A DNA stretch of 62,806 nucleotides, counting the filler, from Chrysochromulina tobinii (taxonomy: Eukaryota), in NCBI GenBank assembly GCA_001275005.1. It is 7 parts of 7 records of this genome, joined end to end, with 100 filler letters (N's around TTAATTAATTAA, not from the genome) between each part and the next. Parts side by side here need not be neighbours in the genome. Positions count along the whole stretch, not along the records: positions 5,164 to 23,134 come from JWZX01000456.1; positions 23,235 to 26,815 come from JWZX01000457.1; positions 26,916 to 38,433 come from JWZX01000458.1; 4 more parts are not named here. The stretch is one strand, 5' to 3'. A program made the position numbers and the translations under genes. Under the pieces are notes generated by a model. That model was not told the DNA's origin, ran no database searches, and saw only the letters and a program-made list of their open reading frames with translations. Each line of letters starts with the position of its first letter. The stretch's first letter is position 1. This document shows, piece after piece, positions 22,397 to 32,391 of this stretch.

Positions 22397-22876
22397 ATGC
22401 CGGAGCTCATTCGTGGCACTTGTGCTAACTGCGAGGCGGAGGAGGTCATCCTCAAGTACGCTCGGCACACGATGTGCAGCAAGTACGCGTGTCAGGCGGC
22501 CGCGCACTTGCTCGTCATCGCTCGCAGGTCCAAGGCGCAGAGTGAAGAGCGCAATCCAAAGGCAGCAGCGCCAACGTATTGCTACAAGATCCACTCCATC
22601 CACGGCCAGCGCGACGTGGATCCGGGGCAGTTGACAGCGAAGAAACGCCGAAACGCCGTTGACGACGCCGACTATGAGGATGCGTACCTGGTGCACGGTG
22701 ACTTTGGTGAAGACTCTGACGACGATGGCTACAAGGACACGCGCTGGGTGCTGCTCAGTGACATCCTCACCTTGAGCGCGAGGGACTTGAAGGTAGTGGT
22801 CACGTACGAGAAGATGCTGAACAAGCGGCAGGAGAATAAGCGGCGCGCGCTCGAGGTTGCGGGTGATGAGGAGTGA
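22397..22876 (+). CDS. Small protein with C4 zinc motif and chromodomain-like C-terminus, probably element-borne
   Basis: CANC...CSKYAC; CYKIHSIHGQR...YLVHGDF...TRWV; GC3-rich coding-like codon use; preceded by G/C palindromes. Confidence 0.55.
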   Translation: MPELIRGTCANCEAEEVILKYARHTMCSKYACQAAAHLLVIARRSKAQSEERNPKAAAPTYCYKIHSIHGQRDVDPGQLTAKKRRNAVDDADYEDAYLVHGDFGEDSDDDGYKDTRWVLLSDILTLSARDLKVVVTYEKMLNKRQENKRRALEVAGDEE

Positions 22877-23053
22877 AGTGAAGGGCTCCATTTCCGACGG
22901 GGCCGATGATCGGGGCCCATAAAGGACGTTAGTCGGGCGCGGCGCGCGCTGTAACGGCGCTTTGTCTTCTACTATAACACAATACAATCCCAACGATTAT
23001 TCTTATGTGCATATGCTATACACACGAGATGTCCTGCAAATCCAAAAGCACTG

Positions 23054-23134
23054 AAGGCGACGGGGGCGGCGGCGACGGCGGCGGCGACGGCGGCGGCGAC
23101 GGGCGCGGCGGTGACGTCGGCGGGGGGGGGGGCG
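23054..23134 (+). repeat. GGCGAC/GGCGGC microsatellite (Gly-Asp-like)
   Basis: Direct reading at the segment end. Confidence 0.8.
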
Positions 23135-23234
23135 NNNNNNNNNNNNNNNNNNNNNNNNNNNNNNNNNNNNNNNNNNNNTTAATTAATTAANNNNNNNNNN
23201 NNNNNNNNNNNNNNNNNNNNNNNNNNNNNNNNNN

Positions 23235-25935
23235 GGGCTGAGGTCAACGCTCGCACGCCAGCCGTTAACGCCTTCACTGCATCAGGTGGCCATCACGGCG
23301 GTGGCGGCGGCGGCGGCGGCGGCGGCGGTGGCCCAGGCAAGGACAAGAAGGGCAAGGACAAGTACACAGGTGTCAAGACGTGCCTCCGCTGCGGCCAGCT
23401 CGAACATACACGCCCGGTCTGCAAGTTGCCCGCCGCGCGCTGCATCCACTGCGGTGCCGATCATCTCTCTGATTTCTGCGGCCGCAGCACGTCGACCCGG
23501 CGCGCCAAACTCGCCGAGGCCCTGCGTGCCATCATCGACAAGGATACGGCGCGGCAGAGCTCCCAATTACCGTCTCCCACGCCCACGTATGCGGCTGTGG
23601 CTGCCTCCAGCTCTGTTCCCGGGCCGTCCAGCCCACCGCCGCCGAGCACCCCGGAGCACTCGAGCATCGCACACGCTGCCGCTGCCCAAGCTGCCGCTGC
23701 GCACAAGGACCCACAGAAGGCCGCAGACGCCTATGTCGCCGTCCTACGTGGTCTTGGCCTGATGAGTTTCGCGTGCTACATGGACCTGGACGCGTACGCC
23801 GACTTGGCACGTACAACTCGTACGCCTCGGCCTGCACCTCCACCACCCCCGGAAGGCACCATCGCGGCCACCAGCTTCGTCGATTCCATGGCCACGTACT
23901 GGATTGTGGAGTTCCGCAATTACCTCTATACCATCACCAATGACGCGCCGCAGTTCACCATCAACACTGCCAACGGCGCTGTTCCCGTCGAAGCAGTCGG
24001 CGTTGCCCTGGTGTACCTTCGCGTCGGCGACTCTTGGGAGTGCTACGAGATCCCGAACGTGTTAGTCCTACCTGGGTGCGGCGCAACTCTCTACTCCACG
24101 CGCGTTATGCGGAGCGAGTTTGGTTTTGACCACCAGATCGACCACGGCAAGATCGTGGTCCCGGGCGCCCACGACATCCCCGTACATGACGACGGTGCAG
24201 CTTACACAACGCCGATCGCTTTCGTGCCATTCGGCGCGCCTCGCCCACATGGCGTGCACGCCTCCGCCAAGCAGCCGACCGTCGCCGCCCTTATGGGCAC
24301 GGCAGCCTTCCCCGGTGAGGTGTCTGGCACCCCTCAAGCTTTCCTCCATCATCGCCTCGGTTTCCCGTACCAGGAGCAGTGGAAGCACGTGCCGTCCACG
24401 ACCGCCGACCACGGCTTGCCAGCCAACGCGATGGCCTCCCCCGACTTACCCGTTCGAGAGGCCATCGCCCGCGGTCGCGCAAGGGCTGTGCCTTTCCTCC
24501 GCAAGGCAATTGAGGACCGTACCCAGCCACCGCCGGGCGCTGTCTTCTACATGGACTTTGCCGGCCCACTCCTTCCGAGCATTTTCCATCGTTTCACCTG
24601 CTACGCTTGCGTCGTGGACGCTGGATCGGGTTACGGCCGCCTTTACCCGGCTCACCATATGACGGCCACTGTCGCGACTGCCGCCCTCGACGCCTTTACG
24701 GCCGAAATGGGCGCACACATGGGCTTCCATGGCACTTTCAAGCCGTTCATCGTCCGCTCAGATCAAGGCAGCGCTTTCGTGTCGCACTATTTCAGAGAGT
24801 TCCTCCAAGCGCACCAAATCCATCAGTCGCTTGCGTGCGTCTACACTCCCCAACAGAATGCGCACGCCGAGCGCTTCTTCGGCGTGACTTTTGCAACGGC
24901 CCGCGTCCTACTCGCCGCCGCCAATCTGCCCCCTTCTTTCCACCCGTTCGCGCTACAGACGGCTGCTTGGATTCATAACCGCCTGCCTCGTCCTTCACAT
25001 GGCAACGTGTCGCCCATCTTCACCCTGACGCGCGCCTTGCCCTCGCTCGCCTCTCTCTACTGCTTTGGCTGCCGATGCCAGGTTGTCGTGCCTGTGCAAC
25101 GCCGTGATGGCGACAGGCACTTTGCCGATCGCGGTGAATTCGCGCTTTACCTCGGACCGTCCGAGGCCAGCCCCGGCCACGTCGTGTATCTGCTCTCCTC
25201 CCGGCGCATCACCACTATCCCTAAGCTGTCCAAAACCTGGGAAGACGACTTCCCCGGCCTCGCCGGCGATCACTTCACCTGGTTTCCTGAACCTGATGCC
25301 CCCGAATCTGCGGTGGGAGGGGCCCCGCCTCTTTCCCAAAGTCCAGCTTCGACCTCGACTACCACGGACATCCCGGCCGACAGTGCCCCGGCCACGCCAG
25401 CCGCTGCCCCAGCCACACAGGCCAGCGCCACGCAGTGGGTCATCGACGTCCCACCGGATTTGTTGGCACCGCCACCGCCCCTTTCTCCCGCCGATACCAC
25501 CACGGCAGGAGGGGCTAGCGCGCAAGGAGGGGCTGACGCCAGCCCCATCTCTCGGCGTGAGGCTCGCAACTTGCGATCCGAGCTCGCACCGGCGCAGCGT
25601 GGCGAACCCTCGGTCGTTCCGACCCAACCAAGCGCCAAGAGCCAGGACGATGGCCGTGCCAAGCGCCAGACGGCCCAGCGCCAGGCCACTTTCATTTACG
25701 GCAAGTTCGCGTCGCTCGCCAGGTACCCCGGCTTTACCATCCAAGACAATCTGCCGGCCTTGACCGCGTTTGCTCTCCTCTGCGTAGCTGCTGCGCCTTA
25801 TCGTATCCAGCCGGCATTTGCTTATGCGAGCAACACCCTCGAAGTCAACCTCGCCGATCCCCACGCGTCTGATTTCGACTTCGTCTGGGCTACCGCTCTC
25901 GCCGCCGGTGCGACCAACCTTACCATCACGGCAAG
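23235..25935 (+). mobile_element. Ty1/copia gag-pol fragment (double zinc knuckle, protease, integrase), truncated before RT
   Basis: Frame open from the segment start: CLRCGQLEHTRPVC and CIHCGADHLSDFC knuckles, FVDSMATYW protease, LHHRLGFP, integrase YMDFAGP / RSDQGS / NAHAERFF, YLGP SH3-like region. No RT motifs follow. Confidence 0.9.
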
Positions 25936-26291
25936 CTACTGCGTACTGTGGTACCGAGGCGGGCTAGTGTCTGAGGCGGGCTCAGTCCAAGCGGCACACC
26001 CAGCATCAGTCTCGCTCAGCACTCTGCATGGTTTGAGTTTGTTATGAGTTTGTCCCTTGAAGCACGAAGCAGTGTCTTATCCAGTGTATCAGTCTTGCTC
26101 AGCGCCCCCGCTTGTAGCGCAATGCCGTCCCAACCCACACCACACACAATGCTTCGCGCACTCTCTGTTTGACGTAAGAACAGCTAGACCTGAAAGCATT
26201 TGGCACTGAGTGTACTCTAGAAATGAAGCACTGAGCTTGCACTCAGCACTGAATGCAATGAACATGACAAGCACTCAGCACTGAGTGCCGA

Positions 26292-26730
26292 GTGCGTAAC
26301 ACGTGCATCAAGATCCTCGGCATCATTCGCACGCTCGTGCAGGTCAAGCTGCAGGGCGTTGTTGCTGCGCACGCAAAGCTGCGCGTCGCGCCGCATGCAG
26401 GTCAGCAGTCGGACATCTGGTCGGAGAAGAGCATGAGGCAATCTTTCTTTGCCTTGCGACTGTCCATGGTGCTCGAGCCACATCTCATCTACTCCGCTGG
26501 CAGCACCGGCATGACAAAGCATGCCGGCACCTGACTTGAATGTGTCGTGCCGCCCAACAGTGCAGATGGCCACAATTTCAGCTGAGATCATCGAGCCCTG
26601 TGAGGCTGGCACGATCGAGCGTTACGCGTCGCTCGAGAGGAAGCTACTCGCCATGCAGAACTATGATATTTTGGAGCTCACTGAGGAGATGATTGCATCT
26701 TTTCACCCGCCGTCAGAGGAGGCTCGCAGG
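26292..26730 (+). pseudogene. Probable hAT-like transposase remnant
   Basis: GQQSDIWSEKSMRQSFFALRLSMV resembles the first catalytic-Asp region of hAT transposases (xxxDxWS/T...SY/F); broken frames. Confidence 0.4.
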
Positions 26731-26815
26731 GTTAGGGTTAGGGTTAGGGTTAGGGTTAGGGTTAGGGTTAGGGTCATTTCTTCTCTCATTCTCCTCTTTT
26801 GACCCCTAACCCTAA
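26728..26815. repeat. Telomeric-type repeats in inverted arrangement: (TTAGGG)7, short spacer, CCCTAA repeats
   Basis: Seven TTAGGG at 26732-26773, a pyrimidine-rich spacer, then CCCCTAACCCTAA up to the segment end. Confidence 0.95.
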
Positions 26816-26915
26816 NNNNNNNNNNNNNNNNNNNNNNNNNNNNNNNNNNNNNNNNNNNNTTAATTAATTAANNNNNNNNNNNNNNNNNNNNNNNNNNNNN
26901 NNNNNNNNNNNNNNN

Positions 26916-29900
26916 GCGGCGCCGGCGCCGGCGCCGGCGGCGGCGGCGGCGGCGGCGGTACGCGCTGCAAGCCAATGGCTGCAAGCCATTGGTGCGGTAA
27001 ACCTCCTCCTTTGAGCAGAGGAAAGCCGGGCGGTGCCGGCGCCGGCGCCGGCGCCGGCGGCGGCCCCCCCCCCTCTGCAGCCTGGGCCGCGATCTGCGCT
27101 CGTTCCACATCCAACTGACGCGCCCGAGTCTCTTCTTCCGCTTTGGCAATCTTCGTGCGAAGAGCGGCCATGTCAGCAGCATGTGTAGCATCAAGTTGCT
27201 CCTCAAGAAGAGTGTGCTCTGCTTCGAGTCGCTGTTTGACCTGGGCCTTAGCAAGAGTTGTCTGCTCTTCCTCCCAGGGCTGCAGCTTCTCATTCAGTAG
27301 TTGCAAGCGACGGCGCTCACTCTCGTCCACCACAGTGCGGCGCAATCTATTGGCGGCGTCCTCGAGGCACTCCATACAGATAAGTTGATTGCATTGAGGC
27401 TCTGCGACACTCTCGTTGTCGATCACGGCCTCCTTGAACGAGAATGCCGTGTGCGGCACGCACGCCACACAGAGAACACGCGCACAGCGCTTGCACTGCC
27501 GAGGAGCGAAGGGTGGCGGCGCCGTCTGTCCACAGCATTCACAATGGCCTCGGATTGCTGTGTCTCGTCCGACCTTGAGCTCAGCTTCGGTGCACAGGCC
27601 GATAGCGAGTCCGTTCTCCAGAATGCGCGCGTGTTCAGCTCTGGGTGCGTAGCTCATGGCCGCATATTGCCGCAACTGCTCCCGAATCGCATCTTGCCAC
27701 TCTTGCAACTCGACTGATGCGTTGTGTGCATTAGTACGGAGCACGACTTTTTCAGCTATTTCAGCAGCGTGGCTCCCATCCCCTTGGTCTGAACTGGGAG
27801 TCGTCAGGGTCAACTGGTCTCGAGTCAGCAGCACCGCTGTGTGCGGACGGAAGCGAAACTGACCGAGCGGCTCGTTCTTCGAGTCATTCCTGTACCAGCT
27901 GAGCCGATCCTTGAACAGCACCATGTACCACCGCGGAGCATCCGTGCGGCGGTTGCAGATGATCAAGAAGCCCTCCTTGAGGTGTGACCGGGGCCGCTCG
28001 GTTGGTGGCAGGACGGCCTCACCTTGACCACCTAAACCACCTTGACCACCTTGAGCCCGTTGACGCACCACCGCTTCACGGCGCTGACGCCAATCGCACA
28101 CTTCGCCATCACCAATGCGCCCGCCTTCTACCGCCTGTTGAATCGCGGACAGAGCGGCCTGGTTGGGAATGAGCAGCTCAAGAAGCATTTGGCCTCCCTT
28201 CGGTGAGTTGATGGTGTCACGAACTTGTACGTGGCCGCAACATGCGTCGTCACCATGAGCAGGCTGATGCGTAGCAGCAATGCGCTCGTGCTCGGCTTCA
28301 AAGTGCCGCAAGATGTATTCTCGCTCGTATGTATGCCCATCCACAGCAACAACTGGATCGACCATCAGCTCTCCATCCAGCATGCATTGGCACTGCATCG
28401 AGTTGCGCTCGTTGTCGGTCAGCGGTACTGTCAGCATCAGCGGCATCGCGCTGAATTGGCGCATGTATGCCAGCTGCCAGTCCCCCGGATCCACATCATC
28501 GAGGTGCACCACCGGAAAGCGGCGACAGAGCGCGATGCACAAGGATTGCACGCAGTCAAAGCGCAAGGCGTGGGCACCAGCCAGCCTGCGCGATGAGTTC
28601 GGGTGCGAGTCCAACAGAAAGCACGGTGTACTGGTGTCTGCTCCGATGACGCAAAGCACCGTCTCCGGCGGCTTCGTAAGCACGTAGCTGGCTGCCATGT
28701 GCGGTGCAGCCGGCGACTGAAGCGCTTGCATGAAGCACGCTGCCCGCTCATCTTCGCTGCCTGACAGCAAGTATTCGCTGCAAGTGCCGCGGAATAGTTT
28801 CTGTCGCAGCTCGTGAGTCGCAGGTAACGCATCCATGACTTCGCTTAAAGAGCGGTGCTGAGATGCTGGATTACGGCTGAGCGCCCGAACGTGAGCGTCC
28901 ACTCCCTGTTTGACCACCCGAACAAGCGCATCTGAAAGCTCAGCTGAGTTGAGGTGTGGAGGGCTCAAAGTAAGGCTGCCAGGTTGCGCAACTAAGCCCA
29001 CACCAAACGTGCAAAGCCTCTGAAGCATTTCGAGCGCTCCAAAGCAGGCGATCGTAGTGCAGGCGGACTTCCCTTCGACAGCTGTGTACTGACTGACAGG
29101 AGCCATGGCAACGACGCGTCCGAAACGGCGCTCATCCTGTAGGGCCTGCGCAGCCTCCTGAATCTGGGTGTCGTTCTCCAAGGGGTTGACTCCGAAGCAG
29201 AAGCAGAAGCAGATCCTCTCGCGTGCAGAGTCGATGAAGAGCGTAATCGGGTTGTCGTCCTCTCGCAGCTCTGCCTCGTGCGACTCTGGGATCGCGATCT
29301 GCATGCCGCTCATCATCTCCCGGACGTGCTCGTCGGTCTTGCCGACGATCGGCAGCATCGTCGTCTTGTCCTTCTTGTTGGTCACCGCCACGTCGGGCGA
29401 CGCGAGGAATTTGGACATCTCCGCCGGCGTCTTGGTCGACATCTCCAGCAGGGCCTCTCGGTCCTTGTGCGTCGCGTTGTGGATGCACACGACGGTGACA
29501 CGTGACTCGCCCGCCCTTGCCGGGCGCACGCCCTGCGGCGTCACCTTCTGCATCGCGCACCAGCCCTCCATTGTCGTCCAGAACCGCGTGCGGTACATGG
29601 TGTCGAGCAGGATCAGCACCTTGGCCGTCAGGTAGAGGTCGGCGATCGCCTTGAGCATGAGGTCGAACTCGGCCTTCTCCGCGGGCGTGCGGTCGTCCTC
29701 ATCCGGCGATAAGCCGCTCGAGCGTTGAGGCATGCACGAGTAGTCGAACCAGACGAACTGGATCTCGGGGTGGGCCAGCAGGTGCGCCTTGATCGCCGCC
29801 AGCTGCGCGCCGGTCTCGTCGGGCGTCGCGGGGTCTTCCCACCTGTGGCTGACGAAGAGGACGCTCTCGATCAGCCCCTTGCCCTGGAAGGCGTCGTTCA

Positions 29901-30165
29901 GGTCGATGAGCACCTTCACGAGCAGTTTCGAGTCGCGCATCTCCTGCATACGCTGCAGCTGCGTGGCGGTCAGGTCCAGCACGGTGGCGCGGGTCAAAAA
30001 GTAGAAGCCGGGCTTGAGCGGGTCCCACGCCGTCTCAATGGCCGCCTTGTCCGCATGCGCCTCCAGGGCAGACTTCGTGAAAAGCATGGGAGTGACAACT
30101 TTCTTGGCACCGCGAGGTGTGAACGTTAACACGACAGGCGCGACAATGTGTGAACGTGGTAACAC
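26916..30165 (-). CDS. Multidomain protein: HET-like + putative papain-fold deubiquitinase + U-box + PH + FYVE-like + coiled coil + Pro-rich (3' truncated; start uncertain)
   Basis: LFVSHRWEDPATPD...FVWFDYSCMPQ...YRTRFWTTME (HET-like); GKSACTTIAC...LLDSH; CMLDGELMVDPVVAVDGHTYERE...LIPNQAALSAI (U-box); LKEGFL...WYMVL...WQDAIRE (PH); CECC...CKRCARVLCVAC...ICMEC. Confidence 0.85.
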
Positions 30166-30645
30166 GACAGACGCGTCAACCGGCGCTGCGGCACTGTTAC
30201 TGCCCGCTCGTTAGAAGTCACACAGACACACATTCACAATCACACATACACATTACATGTAAGTTCATTACTAGCCTGGCCAAAATCGATTGACGTGCCC
30301 TTGTCAAGCCCAAAACACCAAAAAACTCGTCGGAGAAGGGCCGCGCGCCGGACATTACATCGAAGCCTTCGCGCAATTTAACGAGTCTGTTTCAACGCCC
30401 GCCATGTGCTCCTCGTGTGTCCCACGTTGTCCGCCTTCTCACGTGCGCGTTTGTGCTAGCCTGCCGCGTGCGGGTCTCCACAGACCACAGTTCGGAACAG
30501 AGTTCAACTGTACTTGCCCCCGGGGCTCCCGCCCCAGACCCCAGCTCCCCCCCACCCTGCCCCCCAAACCTCAGTTTACACCCCAGCTGGCACGGCCCCT
30601 GACTGGCCGCCCTCCTAGCCAAAAAAAACTTCGAAAGCGTGTCCT

Positions 30646-32391
30646 TCATCCCCAACAAGGTCGGGGTCCAGCACGACGAGCACGCGCCTCGAGCTGGACA
30701 ACGGCCGCGGCTGCGCCGTCCTCGGCACGTAGCCTCTCGCCGAGGGAAGTCGCACGCTCGCGGATCTGCGTGTCGCTGATGACAAGCGTGATTGCCGCCG
30801 CCAGCCTGTCAGCCGTGAGCCGCGCCTGCGGGATCGGCTCGCTGCCAACGCCGAGCTGGAAAACGCGCTGGCCCCAGAAGGGCTGGTCGGCGAAGAAGGG
30901 GCAGACGATTGCCGGCTTCCCCGCGAGCAGGCCTGCGGCCGTCGTGCCCGCGCCGCCATGGTGCACAACCGCGGCCATGCGCGGGAAGAGCCAGCTGTGC
31001 GGAGCGCGCTCGAGGACGAAGACGCTCTCTGGCAAGTCGGCGGTGGGCCCCATCGCGCCCCAGCCCGTCGCGACGACGCCACGCACGCCCGCGGCGGTCA
31101 AAGCGGCAATGGCGAGGCGCGTGAGCGCCGCTGGGTCGCTGCTCTTCATCGAACCGAAGCCAATGTAGACCGGAGCAGCGCCGGCCGCGAGGAAGCGAGC
31201 GAGCGCCTCCGGCGGCTGCCAGGCGTCGGTTGCAGGCAGCGGCCAAAAGCCGGTGGCGACCGCCCACGCAGGCCAGTCTGCCGGTCTCGGGATGACGTGA
31301 GCCGAATGCGCGTGCAGCACCAGAAGCTCATCGCCATTTGCCTGCGTGAGCGGGCTGCTCGACGGTGGGCTTGGCGGGAGGCCAACCGAGGCGCGCCATT
31401 CGCGCGAGTAAGCGGCGGTGCCCATTGTGACGAGCGCCAGGAAGGCGGCGTACGTGCTTCGGTTGTACCATGGCGAGTGGAAGGGCAAGCTCGGCGCGAG
31501 CATGTGGCAAACCTCGCCCGTGGGCACGTAAAGCGGCTGCAGCGCCACGAGCACGGCCGGCACGCCGAGCATCTCAGCGAAGTGAGGCGCGCCCATCGCC
31601 TTCGGGTGGTAGATGATCACGTCTGGCTTGCAAGCCTTGCACGCTACCCACGACTCGTTGATGGCCTGGGTCTGGAGCTGGCCTGCCTCCTGCATGAGTG
31701 TACGCACCTTTCGGAAGTACTCGATGCAGCTCTCCTTGCCACCGTCGACCACGCCTTTCCCCGCGTCGGTGTCGATCAGCTTCAAAATGCCATCCGACGC
31801 AAAGCCGTACCTGAGGCCGTGCGCCTCGACAAATGGCTTGAAGCGCTCGGCGGTACACACCGTCACTTCGTGCCCGGCGGCGCGCAGCGCAATGCCCAGT
31901 GCGACGAAGGGCTCGACGTCGCCGTGTGTGCCGAAGGTGTTGATAAAGAAAGTGAGGTGCGGCTCCTCGACGGCAGGGGTGGGTGTCTTCGCGACGACGG
32001 TGCGACCCGTCACAGCGTACTCTTTTCGTTCAGTGACGAGGATGAGATGGAAGCCGGCGCCGGTATGGACGGGCCCCTGCACCACGCCAATCGGTGCCGA
32101 CCAGCACACCTCGTCGAATTTGGGAGCATTGGTGCCCGGCCCGAAGCTGCCGAGAGAGCCACCTTTCTTGCTCGAGGGGCACGTGCTGTGCTGCTGGGCC
32201 AGCTCTGCGAACTTGAGCTGCAGTGTCTCCAAGCTGAGCTCCGAACCGGCCAGGTTGTCAAACTCCTTCTTCAGCTTGGTGCACACGGCCTCTTCAGCCA
32301 CGAGAATATGGCTAACACTCACTTCCATGGATCCAGTCATCAGGATGCTGTGGTTCAGTGCTGTCGAAGCTGCTGGTACCATGGTAGACAA
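30646..32391 (-). CDS. Parvulin-type PPIase fused to sterol 3-beta-glucosyltransferase-like GT1 glycosyltransferase
   Basis: VSHILV...FAELAQQHSTCPSSKKGGSLGSF...GFHLILV (rotamase); GTHGDVEPFVALG, VYIGFGSM, PHSWLFPRMAAVVHHGGAGTTAAGL, PFFADQPFWG (GT1). Confidence 0.92.
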   Translation of the reverse strand: MSTMVPAASTALNHSILMTGSMEVSVSHILVAEEAVCTKLKKEFDNLAGSELSLETLQLKFAELAQQHSTCPSSKKGGSLGSFGPGTNAPKFDEVCWSAPIGVVQGPVHTGAGFHLILVTERKEYAVTGRTVVAKTPTPAVEEPHLTFFINTFGTHGDVEPFVALGIALRAAGHEVTVCTAERFKPFVEAHGLRYGFASDGILKLIDTDAGKGVVDGGKESCIEYFRKVRTLMQEAGQLQTQAINESWVACKACKPDVIIYHPKAMGAPHFAEMLGVPAVLVALQPLYVPTGEVCHMLAPSLPFHSPWYNRSTYAAFLALVTMGTAAYSREWRASVGLPPSPPSSSPLTQANGDELLVLHAHSAHVIPRPADWPAWAVATGFWPLPATDAWQPPEALARFLAAGAAPVYIGFGSMKSSDPAALTRLAIAALTAAGVRGVVATGWGAMGPTADLPESVFVLERAPHSWLFPRMAAVVHHGGAGTTAAGLLAGKPAIVCPFFADQPFWGQRVFQLGVGSEPIPQARLTADRLAAAITLVISDTQIRERATSLGERLRAEDGAAAAVVQLEARARRAGPRPCWG

